Assembly: GCA_046563655.1 (NCBI GenBank)
Contig: CM102286.1
Span: 1,798,001-1,862,000, forward strand
Origin: Yuukianura sp. NJ FZ-2021
Taxonomy: Eukaryota
Direction: 5' to 3'
DNA: 64,000 bases
Position 1 is the first letter of the stretch, and every line of letters starts with the position of its first letter. Under the pieces are notes generated by a model, which saw nothing but the letters and a program-made list of their open reading frames with translations, was not told the DNA's origin and did not search any database. The position numbers were made by a program, and so were the translations under genes. Positions 19,862 to 33,198 of this stretch are shown here, piece by piece.

Positions 19862-20440
19862 CTACACCATAGGATTGAGTTTCAATTTGAAAAAAGGCGG
19901 GGTGGGAGACGTCGTAGTTGGTTTAGTAGTGGGTACCCCTGGGGGTACCGTTGTAAGGAAATGCGTTGTCATGAGTAATGGAAGAGGCGTCGGAATTTGT
20001 CTATGTTGGTAAGGACTCGTGTTACTCAATTGAGTCTGATACTGAATTTGGTCATTGTGAGGCGCCGGACTGAATTTTCTGTTGCCATAGTAACGATTTG
20101 GCTCCGACGGTATCGTATTATGGTCCACTGGAGTACCAGTGTAGGCCATCATTTGTCTTCCAGTGCCACTATTTTGAAAATGGCTGAGCCTTGCCGGTTT
20201 TTCTGTAGGAACAGGACCCGGATTCCAGAGGAAGACGTAGTAGGTGCTCAGGACAACGGCTGCCATGGAAACACACAAAATGTAAGCCACTACCGTAAGG
20301 ATCCGAATAGTTTTCCGGTCTTTTCTGCCGTATTCCTTCTTCCGCCTAGAAGCATCACCGCAAACTGGTGCTGCTGATGTACTGGAACTGGAACTTTCTG
20401 AGCCTAAAGTATTTTTTACGCTTCCGTCGTCTCCTGACAT
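19862..20440 (-). CDS. InaF-motif (TRP-channel-interacting helix) membrane protein with P/T-rich tail
   Basis: KTIRILTVVAYILCVSMAAVVLSTYYVFLWNP matches the recalled InaF motif (R..TV.AY...VS.AA..L..YY...W.P). First ATG is at 20440. Confidence 0.85.
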   Translation of the reverse strand: MSGDDGSVKNTLGSESSSSSTSAAPVCGDASRRKKEYGRKDRKTIRILTVVAYILCVSMAAVVLSTYYVFLWNPGPVPTEKPARLSHFQNSGTGRQMMAYTGTPVDHNTIPSEPNRYYGNRKFSPAPHNDQIQYQTQLSNTSPYQHRQIPTPLPLLMTTHFLTTVPPGVPTTKPTTTSPTPPFFKLKLNPMV

Positions 20441-21077
20441 TAAAAATTTTGTCAAACTTTTACTTTTTCAGAGAAACGAACACGGCGGGTTGTTGATCAA
20501 AAGGATTTTTGTCCCGGGAAATTTTGTTTGCAGAAAGATTTTTTTTGGTTTCGCCGCTTGTGACCGCCGCGGTTGAAACGGAGCTAGAAAAAACTTGTTC
20601 TTTGTCCTGCTTAACGCACCGTGGAGACGAAGGTTCTCAAGTTTCTAGAATTCTAGAAAAAAAGTAGAATTAGGACAAGGAACAAATGAGGTTCATCTTT
20701 GTGTTCTCAGAAAGTATGGAAAGAATCCATGTCAAGAGGCAATTTGAGACGGGAGAAAAGTTCGGAGGATTTTACCGCCTTTTTCGAAAAAAAAATGACT
20801 TTGGGCCCTATTTTCTTGACCTACTAAAATTCTAGAACATACGCTTCCTTCCTGTCTTTACAAAAGTTTTTGTTCAAAATTTTGAAAATGTTCTACATAC
20901 ATGCAAGAATGTAACAGCGACAAAACAGGAATGTTGAAACTGTCAATGGCAACAAAGATCACGAGTCAAAGGTCACGAGAAAAAGAATGTTGCCAAAAGT
21001 ATTCATGAGACTAAAACTTTGCTTCCTTAGTACAAAAAAAATACTAAGAGAAATTTAAACCAAGCTTTGGAAAAAAG

Positions 21078-21186
21078 TAGGTTAGGGTTAGGCTAACTTT
21101 GTGTTTAGGCTAAGGTTAGGCTAACAGCGAGGTTTTAGGTTAGGCTCCTCAGGCGTTAAGTAGGTTAAGATGCGGGTTAGGCTAAC
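21078..21186. repeat. Degenerate (TTAGG)/(GGTTAGGCTAAC) repeat patch
   Basis: Several GGTTAGG and GTTAGGCTAAC units. A related CCTAAC patch lies at ~37581-37613. Confidence 0.6.
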
Positions 21187-22993
21187 TTTCCCTTTGGCAT
21201 CACGCCTCTGCTGGAAGCGTCCAATAAAAGATAGTTTCTCCACGCGCGCCAAAATTTGAAAATAAAACAGTTAATAATGGTTTCTGCCAGCATGGCGCGT
21301 TTTAATTTGAAATTCTTCCAACACTTTCCGTTTTAAATAATTAATCAACCTCTTCTTTCTCTACTTTTCGCAAAGTGCAAAGTACACAGCGAAGCATTCG
21401 TTCTTCTGAGAACCTTTTCCACGTTAGCAGATTTTCCAAAACTTTAAACTTTTTGAATTTTTGAAAAACACTATTCATGTTTCGAGAAAACAAAAGTTTC
21501 TAAAAAAAGAAACTAAAAAGTGGAAAACTTTTTTGAATGAAAGTGTATTTTTGGTGCATGATTTTTAGAGAGGGAGAAAAAGAAGGTGAGGAACTAAAAT
21601 TCAAATTCTAAAACTAAAAGTTTTTGAAAAGCGGAGATCTTCTTTGTTCTAATTTTCAATTTGAAAACTTCTGCGTTTTCCTCTAAATGAACGTGACGGG
21701 TTTAAAAACTTGTCAGAAGAGAAGCGAAGTGTGGTAAAATTCACTTTCAGATTTTGAAATAAAAGCTTTTTTTTTAGAACAACTTGATTTTGATTCCTCT
21801 TGGGAAATGAAATTAAATTAACCTTTCAAATCCTCCTTTCCTTCGAACTTTCTTTGAACTGGAAGAACTATAAGACTCAAATAAATTCAAAACGCAGTCA
21901 ACCAGTACAGTTTTCAATTTTTAAAGACACGCCCACTGAAACAAAGGAAGCAGTTTTGCCAAAAAATTTAACAACTTTAATGGAATTTGTACAGTATTAA
22001 CAGTCACAGTCTAAAAACTCGGAAATTTTCTGAATGAATCACTTTCTCTCCTTTTTTAAAAACATGAATAACGTCGAACTACATTGAACCACAAAAAAAT
22101 GCTAAAAAATGGTTCTTCATGGAACATTAAACTTCGGTGGTGGTGGTGAGAGAAGTTTAAAATAAACATTAATGAGGAATGTCGTAAACATATTCTGTTA
22201 GCGCTATTAATGTTCAGGAGCAAAACAAAATCCAGGTTTTCGTTTTAACTGTTTTTTAAAAACTCAAAATCAAGGTAAGAAAAAAATTCATTCAAAACCT
22301 TTAACAAAAACCAGACGGTGTGCAAGAAAAAATATTTTTGTGAAAATCTGCACAAACCTGACGTCAAAAGGTCACAAGTTTTTTTATACTCTTAACTCGA
22401 TTTTGAAATTAAAGTATCGGAAAAAAATGTGAAATATAACATATAAAAATGATGAAAAAAAAGCTATTAAAGAGACACACGCCAAATAAAGAATTTTTAA
22501 GGACAATGGTGTTGTTCGACGACCTAATCAAATAATTTGTTAAAATAAGCATAACTTTTCAAAAAATGTGCAAATGGCGTTTTTACCTGCCGGTATGTAA
22601 GTGAAGTTTTTAGTTTTCTGAAACAATTACAAAATTTGTTGCACTAAACTCTGCAGTTTGGGTTTTTAGACACTCTGAAGTATTTTGAAATTTCACAATT
22701 TGGAGCCGGTTTTTAAAAAGTGCTAAACAAAATCAATGAGATTTTGGTTGTAGATTGTGTGTGAATTCAAGTAAGTGTAAACGAGATAAAAAGCTTTCCG
22801 GAGTACAAACTGTTGGGTTTTTGGTGTCGCTGCTGAAGCGTCTCTTTGTGATCTGAAGACTCGGGTGAAAGTGCAGCGCTGTTTTGTGTTTGTGTGTGAT
22901 AGGATTGGACACTCGAAGCCCTCAGTCCCAAGCATTGGAAGCTTCCACAGTTCACTGCTTCTATTTACGTCCTTTTTCCCGTATCTGAACACT

Positions 22994-23327
22994 CGTGGAC
23001 GGACATTCATGGACGGATATACATGGACAGATGCCTTTGTGGACGCTAAGAATCCGTCCAAACCAGTCTTTTAGAGCAATTTTAACATATTTTTGGAAAA
23101 ATTCATTCTTTTGGTATGTTACATGACTATAGTATACTGCGTTCATGTGCAGAAATTCCGTCTATGGACATATCCGTCCGTAATTTTCCGTCCATGGACG
23201 CATCCGTCTGTAAGTTTCAATCCACGGAAATATCCGTCCATTACATTCCGTTTATGGACGTGTATCCGTCCATTACTTTCCATCTATGGACGTATATCCG
23301 TCCATGAATTTCCGTGCGTGGACGTCC
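22994..23327. repeat. ~30-32-bp partly palindromic minisatellite (6 units) with inverted related units to its left
   Basis: Units like TTCCGTCCATGGACGTATATCCGTCCAT at 23153-23327. Inverted TGGACGGA motifs lie at 22994-23060. Confidence 0.75.
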
Positions 23328-25035
23328 AGGAATGGTTGGCTATGATCTAATTCCGCAAGAACTTTCCCTTGGCCTCTGCCAAGCCCACACTTTCCTTCCG
23401 GCTGTTTCTCCAGTACACTTTGGCTTTTCTTTCTTCTAAATCCCCCTCTCTTCTGAAGATTAAACACAAAGTTCAAAGTGTAGCTTTTCCTTTTCAGAAT
23501 TTGACAAAACTATCTGCAACATGCAAGAAAATAACATTTTCATGAAAAGATTTTTTTGAAACGCCCGGTACATTTTCTTTTGAGCCAAACGCCAAATATG
23601 GAAGCCATACAAACAAGCCTACGTTTACACCAACCCCAAGGTACGAAAAAAAATAAAGCCGTCATCGTCATCTTCGTCTTAAAAAAACAGAAATTTTGAA
23701 TCCCAAGGTCAAACACGTGAAATCTGAACAAACTGAAGGAGTCAAAACAAATTATTTCAAAATTTCAGGAATTTGAAAAGAATGCAGGAATCAAAACGAC
23801 GGGAAACCTTAAAACTTAACCCTAACGCCAGCAATTTTAGAAGAATACTTACACGATACACTCGGCTGCAAATAAAGTTGTTCGGTTTTTTCTTGAAATT
23901 TTTTGAATATTTTTGAAGACTTGTTTGTTCAGGAGGTGGCAGTAAGGTAATGGTCAAGAGATAAAAAAAAGTCAAGTGACACTTTAGATATCACAGGCAT
24001 ACTTTGGATAGGTCTTTTCAAAAAACGGCGGAAGTTTTGAAAAAAGTGAATTTGAACATGGATGGGTCATGTGACGTTACTTTTTTGTTGAGAAACTTTT
24101 GAATTTCAATTTGAACGACTTGATCAAAACCTATAGAAGAGAAAGTTGATTCAACTTTTAAAGGGAAAAGTGAATGTCAGTGATCGGTTGACAATGTGAT
24201 TTTGAAACGATAAGTTTATCGAACTAGAAAAAAAAGTTTTTTGCCTTTAGAATTTTGAAGTTTCCGTCTTCTTTTCACTTTTTTTTAAACTTTGGAGCAT
24301 TTCTTTTTCCAATACTGTCAAATTGCCTTCTTTCGCATGAACATGTTACTACTACGTAAATTTTGTATCGTTCGATAAGCACGTAGCAGTACTTTTGAGG
24401 ATCCCATTTTGCTACGAAGAATTCCAAGGTCCTAATGGTTTTTGAAATAAAAGTAAATGGTAACAAGTTCACATGTTATTGTATAGCGGGAACTTCAAAA
24501 TCTTCCATTCCATTTCCCAGAGCGAGTTTGAAATTTTCAAATTTGGAGCGGGAAAAAGAGAGGCAGCTTCAGATCAAGTTTCGAGTCGAATACTAAGCAC
24601 TCAAAATTTTATTTCTAAGTAGACTAAATTTTGAATTTGGAGATGTGGAAATAAATTTTGGCAGGAAATTTTTTAAACCAAGTTGTTTTTATGTTATTGA
24701 GAGGTGAAAGTACTGTCATTCCGAGCACTACGGCTGAATTTTTATGCGCGTTTATTCAAATTTTTAAAATTTTAACTTACTTCCTTTACGTTTTCAAATT
24801 TTTCAACCACTTGCCGATGTTATTTTTTTTTATACAAGGCGAAATTTACTCTGTTGAATCCGAAACCAAAAACTGCTCCAAATCTATCCGAAATTTTTTC
24901 TAAATTTTGAAAATTGTATCACTTTTTTGAAACTATTAGTCGAATTGTGCTGTTCAATTACTTAATTGCAATTAGTTTAGCTAGTTAGTTAAAGTTCTTC
25001 AGTGTTTTTCAGGTCAAGCGAGGTCAAATCATAGT

Positions 25036-26042
25036 TTAGTACTCGCTTGTCATAACAGACAGCATGAGACGACGGAAGCTGTCACTCTGGGCAATTCGTG
25101 AAGTGGGAGCTCCAACAGAGTTGATCTAAAAATAAAAATAAAATTATGAAAAACTTGAAAATTTTGAAATTGCCATTTTTTGAAAAACTGACGTGCACTG
25201 TTGGTGCAGTAGAGTGTGCATATTTTCCTGAAGATGAGGGTGGTGGTGGGGCAGCCTGTCGCACATATGGAGCAGGCATGTACTTGGCTGGCTGTCCATA
25301 GGATTCGTCTGCCAGAAGGGCTGCCAGCGTTGCTGAGGCTTCTGGATTAAACGGCTTCGCTCCTGGAGCACCCCTACAAGGTCAAAAAAAATTTTGAAAA
25401 AAAAAATTCAAAAAAGAATTTTTTTTGAGGAATTTGCAAAATCTTACAATCTGACACCAGTTTGTTCATAAGCGGCTTCCGCTGCATTGTGAGCCGAGTA
25501 CAACGATTTTGGCGAATTGAATTGACGGTTTACAAGAGCCCGATTTTCATCCAATGTTGCAACCACGCTCTGGAAAAACAAAAATCATAAAATATCAAAA
25601 AAAAAAATGTTTTTTTCAAAAATATTTTGTCAAAATGTTGTAAAACCTTACTTTTGGTTCCAGCGGTCTGTAAACCGTAGGTCTCATTGGTTTTCCAGTC
25701 ACTTTGTTGTTGACGACAAACGGTTTCGGTTTGGCTCCAGGAGCTACTAGCGGAGTAGTTCTGTATGGCTGCAAAAACCAAACGAGTTCAAAATGTTAAA
25801 ATTTAAAAATTTGAAGTTTCAAAATTTTGAAACCTGGTTATGGATGACTTCTCTCTCTTTCTCCGTTTCGACTACAGCTTCATGCAGGACGTCTTGGATT
25901 GAGTCATCTAGTTTTGGAAAGCGCGTGTACGGCAAGTAGTCCACTGGACTGTGAAGTGCTTGGTGCAGCAGAGGACTGCGCGGTGACAATGTCGCCATTT
26001 CGTCCAATTGGTTCAGGACTTGCTTCAGCCGATATTCTCCAA
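25036..26042 (-). CDS. Zasp66: Zasp66-like muscle Z-disc protein (ZM motif), at least 5 coding exons; 5' end unresolved
   Basis: Spliced exons give PYRTTPLVAPGAK, the ZM motif LVNRQFNSPKSLYSAHNAAEA, FNPEASATLAAL and C-terminal IAQSDSFRRLMLSVMTSEY*. All resemble recalled Drosophila Zasp66 motifs. Confidence 0.8.
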
Positions 26043-28557
26043 CTGCGTTAGAACCCATGAAAATTTAACACAAAAAAAGTTGAAACTTGCAAAACGAAAA
26101 GTAAAACTCAAAATTTTTGAAATCTCTTATGAATGTTTGCTTTTAAGCTGCACTTTTTCCCGGAAGGTCGCTTAAGTATGACTCAACCACAAAAACCAGA
26201 CTTTTGGAAAATATGAAATTTGTTCAAGGTTGCCTAAAAATGCTTCTGTTTTTTATTTTTGAAAAATCACCACAATTCGTAAGCAAAACACTGGTTTGGT
26301 TTGGTTCATGAATCATTTCCGTTGATAAATGCTGCCCAAAAACTAAAAATTGCAACTAAAGTTGTGCAAAAATTAGTTTACTAAAAAAATCTGGCCATAT
26401 GGAACCCAGTTTTTCTTTCGTCAATCACCGATTATAAGCGGGATCATTTTTCCACTGAAAATCTAGAACTTTCGGAACTGTGTGCAAAAATAGGCTTGTG
26501 CTTTGGGAATTGGACGTAATCCGAGAGGTTACTAGAAAACATGTGCAAAAAAGTCGGACAGTTTTTTTTTCTGTACGCTGCCGTTAGCACTTTTAGTTGG
26601 ATAATTTGTTTTCGCAAAACTTTGTGCCAAATTTTAAAACTCAGGTTGGCCCGTCGTGACTTCTTTTCTTTGGGTGAAGAGAAGCTTTGTGTAAAAATTT
26701 TATCATTGCAAAGTATCGCTTCGCCCACTACTCCTTTGCACATGTCACCTAATTTCAGAAAATGTCATCAAAATTGCTCCTTTTTTTTCAAAATTTTTAC
26801 AAAACACATAAAATTTTGAAATAAACATGAAGAATTCCAGATACACATCAAAGCAAAAGAATAAAAAAAACAACTGGGTACTTTTGCAAAAAAAAGTTAA
26901 TACTTAGGGTACGTCGTTTCTCAAGTTTCGCGGCGTTGATGTTTTTTTTCGCTTGTGTTTTTTTTTCCACTTGTTTGAGTGAATGAATTGCAATTTTTTA
27001 AAACACAAAATTGCACAAACTCCGAATTTTAAAATTAAAAAAAGGCATCGTTTTTGATAATTCAATTTCAGAATTTTTTTAATTGTGGAGGTTTCACTAC
27101 TTTCGTTACCAATTTTGAATGTTGGAATTTTGATTTGGCGAAATTTTGGGAAAATACTCGTTTGAAAAACAGAAAATACAAAAAAAAAAAAAATAGAAGG
27201 TTAAAAAACTTACTTTTAGTAGGCTACTGTGCTTAAAACTGTTTTGAAAATTGCCTTAAAATTTTGAAAATCGAAATTAATACCTGCGGTTTTTCCGTCC
27301 AGTTTTCCTACTTGCAACTGGTGAACTGATTTCTAAAGTCTGTTCAATTTCAGAAGCCAGAAAGTGTGACCTTTAAAAAAGTTGCAAATATTTTGCAATA
27401 GGCAGAGCCTCCTGTTCACCTTCTCCCTTTCTATTGAATCTATTAAAAATGGAAAGTTCCCAAAGCTATTCAGTGCAAAATCTTTTTCAAAATTTTTGGC
27501 ATCACTTCCTTCTTCTTTCTGCACGTCTTTAAAAAGGCCTCCTCCCGTCCAGTTCCATACTTGTAAGTACATGGAATGTTCTGCAGTGTTCTATATTTGC
27601 AAAATTTAAAAAAAAAGACGCCCGCCCATTCCGTTCAAATAGTTACGAGCCTACTGATGCCTTCATTTCTAACACGAAAGTACTAATGTGTCTCCGTGTC
27701 ATGTGCCGAGAGGGAAGTTCCAACTGCCAAGTGGATCACCAGGTTAAAAATAGAAAACCAATTCAAAATTTATTTCCTTCCTCTTTTAAAAACATTAAAA
27801 AATTGGAATAAACCTTCAAAAATAAAATTTCAATTTGGCTGCTGCTCTAGTAAAAACCTGAGTTACCGATGGGCGTTCGAGTTGAGTCAAAAATCTCAGC
27901 TCCAAAATTTTCACTTCCTAAAAATTTCAATTTTTAATGTTGTAATGAAAGCATTAAATAAATCCCGTTTAAAAAATGAAAGAGAAAGTAGACTTTCTCC
28001 GACGCTTGAATTTGAAAAGTAGTGGCGCCATCCCGCGGAATTTTGGAAGAATTTGAATTTGAAACGCGGGAATCCTGCCGTCTGACGTGTCCATTTCAAT
28101 TTCTGAATGAATAAATTTGAATTTTGAAAGTTTGATTTTTTGAATTTTGAAATGACAATTGAAACTTAATTAGCTTCTTCGCTTAACGACTCCTCGGTTG
28201 CTCGACTGATTAAGCGTTAATTAGATTTGTAATACCGACAGCGATTGCGGTACGTGGATCTGGGTCTCACGGTACGATCTCATCAGCATATGCTTAACTG
28301 CGGTATCGCATCGGAGCATTAGACATTTTGGTATCTGTCTGTCACCGTCACTGTATTTAGTGTTACGAATTGTATAACAACGCCCAGCTGTGGTTGTCAG
28401 TAAGTCCGTAGACATATTTGAATGACAATTTGAAATGCAGTATTAACTGGCAGATTGCCACTTCAATTGAAGCATTTGTTTGCAGCATGGAAGTACTGGG
28501 TGACTGACAACGAAGCCGGAACGTAGCAACAGCAACGGTGTTTGACAATCAGCTGAC

Positions 28558-29983
28558 ATGGGGCTCTGTAAATGTCCGCACCGGAAAGTAACAAATATAT
28601 TTTGTTACGAACATAGGGTCAATGTTTGTGAATACTGTCTCATCCAGAATCATCCGAAAGTAAGTATACACTTACACTTAAAAATTACTCATGGAGTTGT
28701 TGTTTGTGTTAAATGAAGTTTACATTTTTGATTGTCTTCCCAGTGTGTGGTTGATACTTATCGAAATTGGATAACGGACTCCGTGTTCTCCAGCAAATGC
28801 GGACTATGCGACCACGAATTGGCGTCGGCCGACACTATACGTCTTCTATGCTTCCGTAAACAAGCATACTTGCAGTATTTGAGTTTAAAGAAATTGGTGT
28901 TTCACTAACTTTTGATTAATATGTTTGTAGATATTGTGCATTGGGATTGTCTTGATGCCTGGGCTCGCTCATTACCAGACACGACTGCCCCTGCAGGTTA
29001 TAGCTGTCCAATCTGCCACAAAATGTGTCTATTCCCACCCATGAACCAAGTTTCACCAATTTGTGACGAATTGAGATTGCGGATGGGCAAGGTCAACTGG
29101 GCACGCGCTGGCTTAGGTCTTCCATTGGTAAGATTTTACAGTTCGCCAGTTCATGTTTCTCAAAATTAACCAATTTGTCTGGTTTTAGTTGGATAGTGAA
29201 CCACCATCGACGATTACAGATGGTCGTTTCAGCTCCATTCCTAAAGTGGCAACGACAGCAACCGGACAGTCAGTGAGTTAACTATGGACTACAATAACAA
29301 CTTTTAGCTTGATAATGTTCATAACGTCTGTTTTACGTTTAGTCTGCAGCGTATCAGAATGCAGACGTTCCGGAGCTAAGTTTTGAACCTTCCCATAAAT
29401 TCAATCCGACTTTGGATGGCCAGTCACCGCAGCATCCTCAGAATCACTATCAGTCCTACTCAAATTCCACATCGAACGCCAGTGCTACTGATGGTTTTGG
29501 ACAGAATTCACATTACACAACTACCAATCAGAATCACTTCTACTCCGATACCCCAGCACCCCTTTCTACAAATGCTACGTACATCCCTCGTAAAACAATG
29601 AAATCTGAGTATGAAATGGAGACACCCCTTACGATTGACGAAGATGATCACAAGTATCGACGGCGCTCACCATTCGAGTCTCTGTCCAGATGGATCAAGT
29701 AAGTCCATTATCCAGCACATCCTACTTAGATACTTGCCAGCATTTAACCATTTTGTGTTTATACAGAAACTCTGCTACTGTAAAGAGCAGAAGAGGAAGG
29801 AAGCGGACTGCGTTCTATGTGATTCTAGCCATTGTCATTACTTTTATCGTGCTTATGCTCATGTTTGGTCGGAGTGATTCTGATGATGATGGGGGCAACT
29901 TCAATCCTGAGGGAAATCCCAATGTTATGATTGGAGCTGGACTGGGAGTGGCTGGAAATCATCCACCAAATACTGGTGATTGA
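28558..29983 (+). CDS. ZFPL1: Zinc finger protein-like 1 (cis-Golgi membrane protein), multi-exon
   Basis: N-terminus [34 protein letters not shown], then [46 protein letters not shown] and a C-terminal TM helix. Confidence 0.95.
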
Positions 29984-30774
29984 TTCAAACACTAACGTCC
30001 ATGTTCCATTGGTCATTCAGGAGTCAGAACAGCCAAGGCATATGAAGTTTTGTAAGTTAGTTAGGCGATACACTACTGTCCCTGTACCGTTTACTAACAA
30101 CTACATTAGGCTCTCGGGTACTATACCTATTAAATCCAATAAGACAGAACTGAGCATTAATTGAACTAAAGCTAAATGATAAGTTCTACTCTCCATTCCA
30201 CTGATTAGTAACCAAATAACTTTCCAAAACTACTGAAAACAAAAAGAGAAAAGGGAATGCCAAGGATTTATAATTTAATTCACTAGGAATTACTTTTACT
30301 TATAGGCGAGGAAATACGGTAATTTATTTAAAAATTGCTCCGAGTTCAAAATAAACTTGAATTTCAAAAATATCGGGAATTTTCAAATAGCATTGACCGA
30401 ATTCATTAAAAAACCAATTTTAGTGTAATCAACGATAGAATTTTTATTTACAACTTTCTCATAGTTAAAATTTAAAAAAAGATTGAGGAGTTACTTTTAG
30501 TCGCATTTCCAGTTTTAACTTTACAACAGAAGTTCATTAAAAATCATTAACTTGAGGAATTTTAAAATTTAAAATATAAAAATCTCATAATTTCATAAAA
30601 CTTTTGAAGTATAAGCGTACTTTCGATTTGCTTTTTCAGTAAAACGTATAACTAAAAACATAATTTGTATAAATAAATTTTGTCAGAGATGTTCAGTGTA
30701 TAAAGGCGCGATAAAATTTCGTTATTTCATGGTCCATAATTTTTCAAAATATTCGTTTTCCGTGTCATCTTTTA

Positions 30775-32758
30775 TCAGAATGTGTCAGCAGTAGCAGCAT
30801 TGCTCATGTTGGTCGTGTTTCAATTGGTTTAAAAATGAGCGACCGAATTCTTCCTTGATACTGCCCAGTCGCAATAGGAGTTGGTCCAAGGAAATTAAAA
30901 GTGACAGTGTCAGTACCGTTGTAAAGGGCAGAAACGTTTGAGAGGCGAGAAACTCCATGTTGTGTTTCTTGACCCTGAAAACAAAATAAGGGAATGTAGC
31001 CGTTTATAAGATAATTGCCGCTGACGGCCGGACAGACAGACAGACAGACAAGATCACTGCATGAAGTAGCTTTTGCTACTTAATACTAACAGCTTATTGT
31101 GCATGGTCGGTTTGGACTTTCCGGAAGATTTGTAGTCTTTTAGTCTTACCCTGAACGCAATCCGGACATGATGAATCGAATTCTTGGACACAGCAATTGG
31201 TCGGACGAAGTTGACATCATAGTCACTGCGAGTCTGGATGGATTGACTCGTACGTGACACGAGTGCTCGTGTCAAGGTCGTCTCTGTTCCACTCTGTGGT
31301 TGGAAATTGAACAATTGAATGTCCACCATGTACGTTTTGAGTGTACTTTTGTTCCGTAAGCGATCAGGGGCGGGGCCGTAGAGTCCAACTCCAATAATTT
31401 CAATGTCACTGTCAACAGTGAAACTGCAAGAAACGAAAACATCGTTAAAATAGAAAACTCCCGCCACTTTTTCAACTTTTGTTCAATCAGAACTTACTCA
31501 AGCGATTCTTCATGGATCTTGCCGAGGTTGCCCGTTACAGTGTAGGCGAGGCTGATTGGAGAACAGGGTTCACTGCTCAAGTAAACTCCGACAGAGGAAT
31601 GCCCACTTTTCGATGTATTTGTGTCTTTGATGTTGCACGTTCTAGGTTTTGTGATGAATGGACAACATAGGTCAGGATTTCTGCAAACGGAGAGTTCATG
31701 TGAATTGAAGTACACGAAGATCTTGATAATCTCTTCGCTGGTCAACACTTTTGTCGGAACTACTTCGTTGGTAAAATCTTGTGGAGTCATTGTTGGAAAT
31801 CGGATCAATGGAATGAAACTGGCAACTTTTCTTAAATCTTCACCAGCGAATGACATTCCTTGCCGTTCGCATTGTCCTCTGGCCCATCTAAAAAGTGAGG
31901 AAAAACAAGAATTTAGAATTTTAAAAAATTCGTATTTTGATTTTAGAGTGACTTACTTCAGCATTGCATGAAAAGCAGCGACTTCGGTTAGGTTCAAATC
32001 ATCGCTCCGGAAAAGTGTGTTCATTGTTCCGAAATCCAATTTGACACAATCTGCTTGTCGAAATACAGCTTCCGCATTTCTGAAAAACAAAAAAAAAGTT
32101 TCTAAATTTTGAAGTATTTTAGAACTTTAGTCAAAGTGACTCACTCCAGCATAAATTTCATGGTGGCATTCTCGAGCGCTGGAAGATCAAAAAGTATTGC
32201 AGCGTAGTGAATCTCTATAACTGTACTCGCTTGGATACACATCAGAAGGAACGATGCGCAGACGCTGACGAGTTCCGTCACTTGGTACTTCTGCGCCAAA
32301 TATAAAATTTCTATCGGTGGTGACACGAACCCATCAGTATTGTCGGTGTACAGAAACTGAAAATCAGAAACAAATTTTCAAAAAATCCTTGTCTAAATTC
32401 CAAATTCTCAAAAATTCTGCAAACTGCATAACTTATCGCTTACCTTTAAAAATCCTTTGAACGGTTCCGGTTCTGCATCGGGAACTTTGACCACAAATTT
32501 TTCTTCATCTTGATTTTGCGTGTCATCATTTTGCGCCTGTGTCCACGGACTGCTAAACATTGTCTCAAAAACGGAGGATCTTGTGATCAAAATCAGACTA
32601 TGAGCTTTGATCGGCACTTCCTGTGGACCAACCAGGAACTTTACGTCGCTAAATCTTCCAGACTCCCACAAAACTTCGTTCAGCGCTACAACAGTTCGAT
32701 GACGAGCACCATCTCTCCAATCCACAGCTTGCTGTTCCTTAGATACCAACGTTGTCAT
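30775..32758 (-). CDS. BTB/POZ-BACK-PHR domain protein (BTBD1/2/3/6-like), multi-exon
   Basis: BTB: FSDVKFLVGPQEVPIKAHSLILITRSSVFETMF and LYLAQKYQV. BACK: LIRFPTMTPQDF. PHR: FTVDSDIEIIGVGLYG. Confidence 0.85.
31031..31082 (-). repeat. (GACA)5 microsatellite next to the hairpin AAGTAGC-TTTT-GCTACTT (HINE-like end) in an intron
   Basis: Read directly. It has the same TAAGTAGCAAAA...(CTGT)n arrangement as the element at 6227. Confidence 0.5.
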
Positions 32759-33198
32759 GGTTACTAAAAACTGTGTTCAGCGTCTCTTTTGTCACCTTGC
32801 TCCTCAGACGATTCTTCCTTTACTGACTAACAAAAGGGCGCCAACTTTTGACCTAAAAGACTATAATAAAAGGAAAACTAAAAATAGTAAGGCAAGGGAC
32901 AGGTTTGCAGCTTTCTACCTTATTTTAATCCCTACAAAACTTTTCTACTAACTTGCCTCGTGTATACAATTTGTAAAGCTTTGTACATAAAAAACTTACT
33001 TTAGAAAACTGACAACAAAGGTTAGGGTTAGTCGTGGGTCTGAAAATGAAAAAATGTTGAATTAAGCTTAGGTTGGTAAAACAATCGGACGTCATAAAAT
33101 GGTACATCTACAGTTCCATGGCGAAGTGCTGCAACATACAGCATGTGAAATGTACATTCAGTCATCTGCTAAGAAGATGAGAATACGAAATATGCAAA

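Noticed and set aside
21078..21186. True telomere or chromosome-fusion site
   Set aside because: Too short and degenerate, with no head-to-head arrays.
23153..23327. CRISPR-like array of ~31-bp partly palindromic repeats
   Set aside because: Units are contiguous and degenerate with no unique spacers, there are no cas genes, and the context is eukaryotic.
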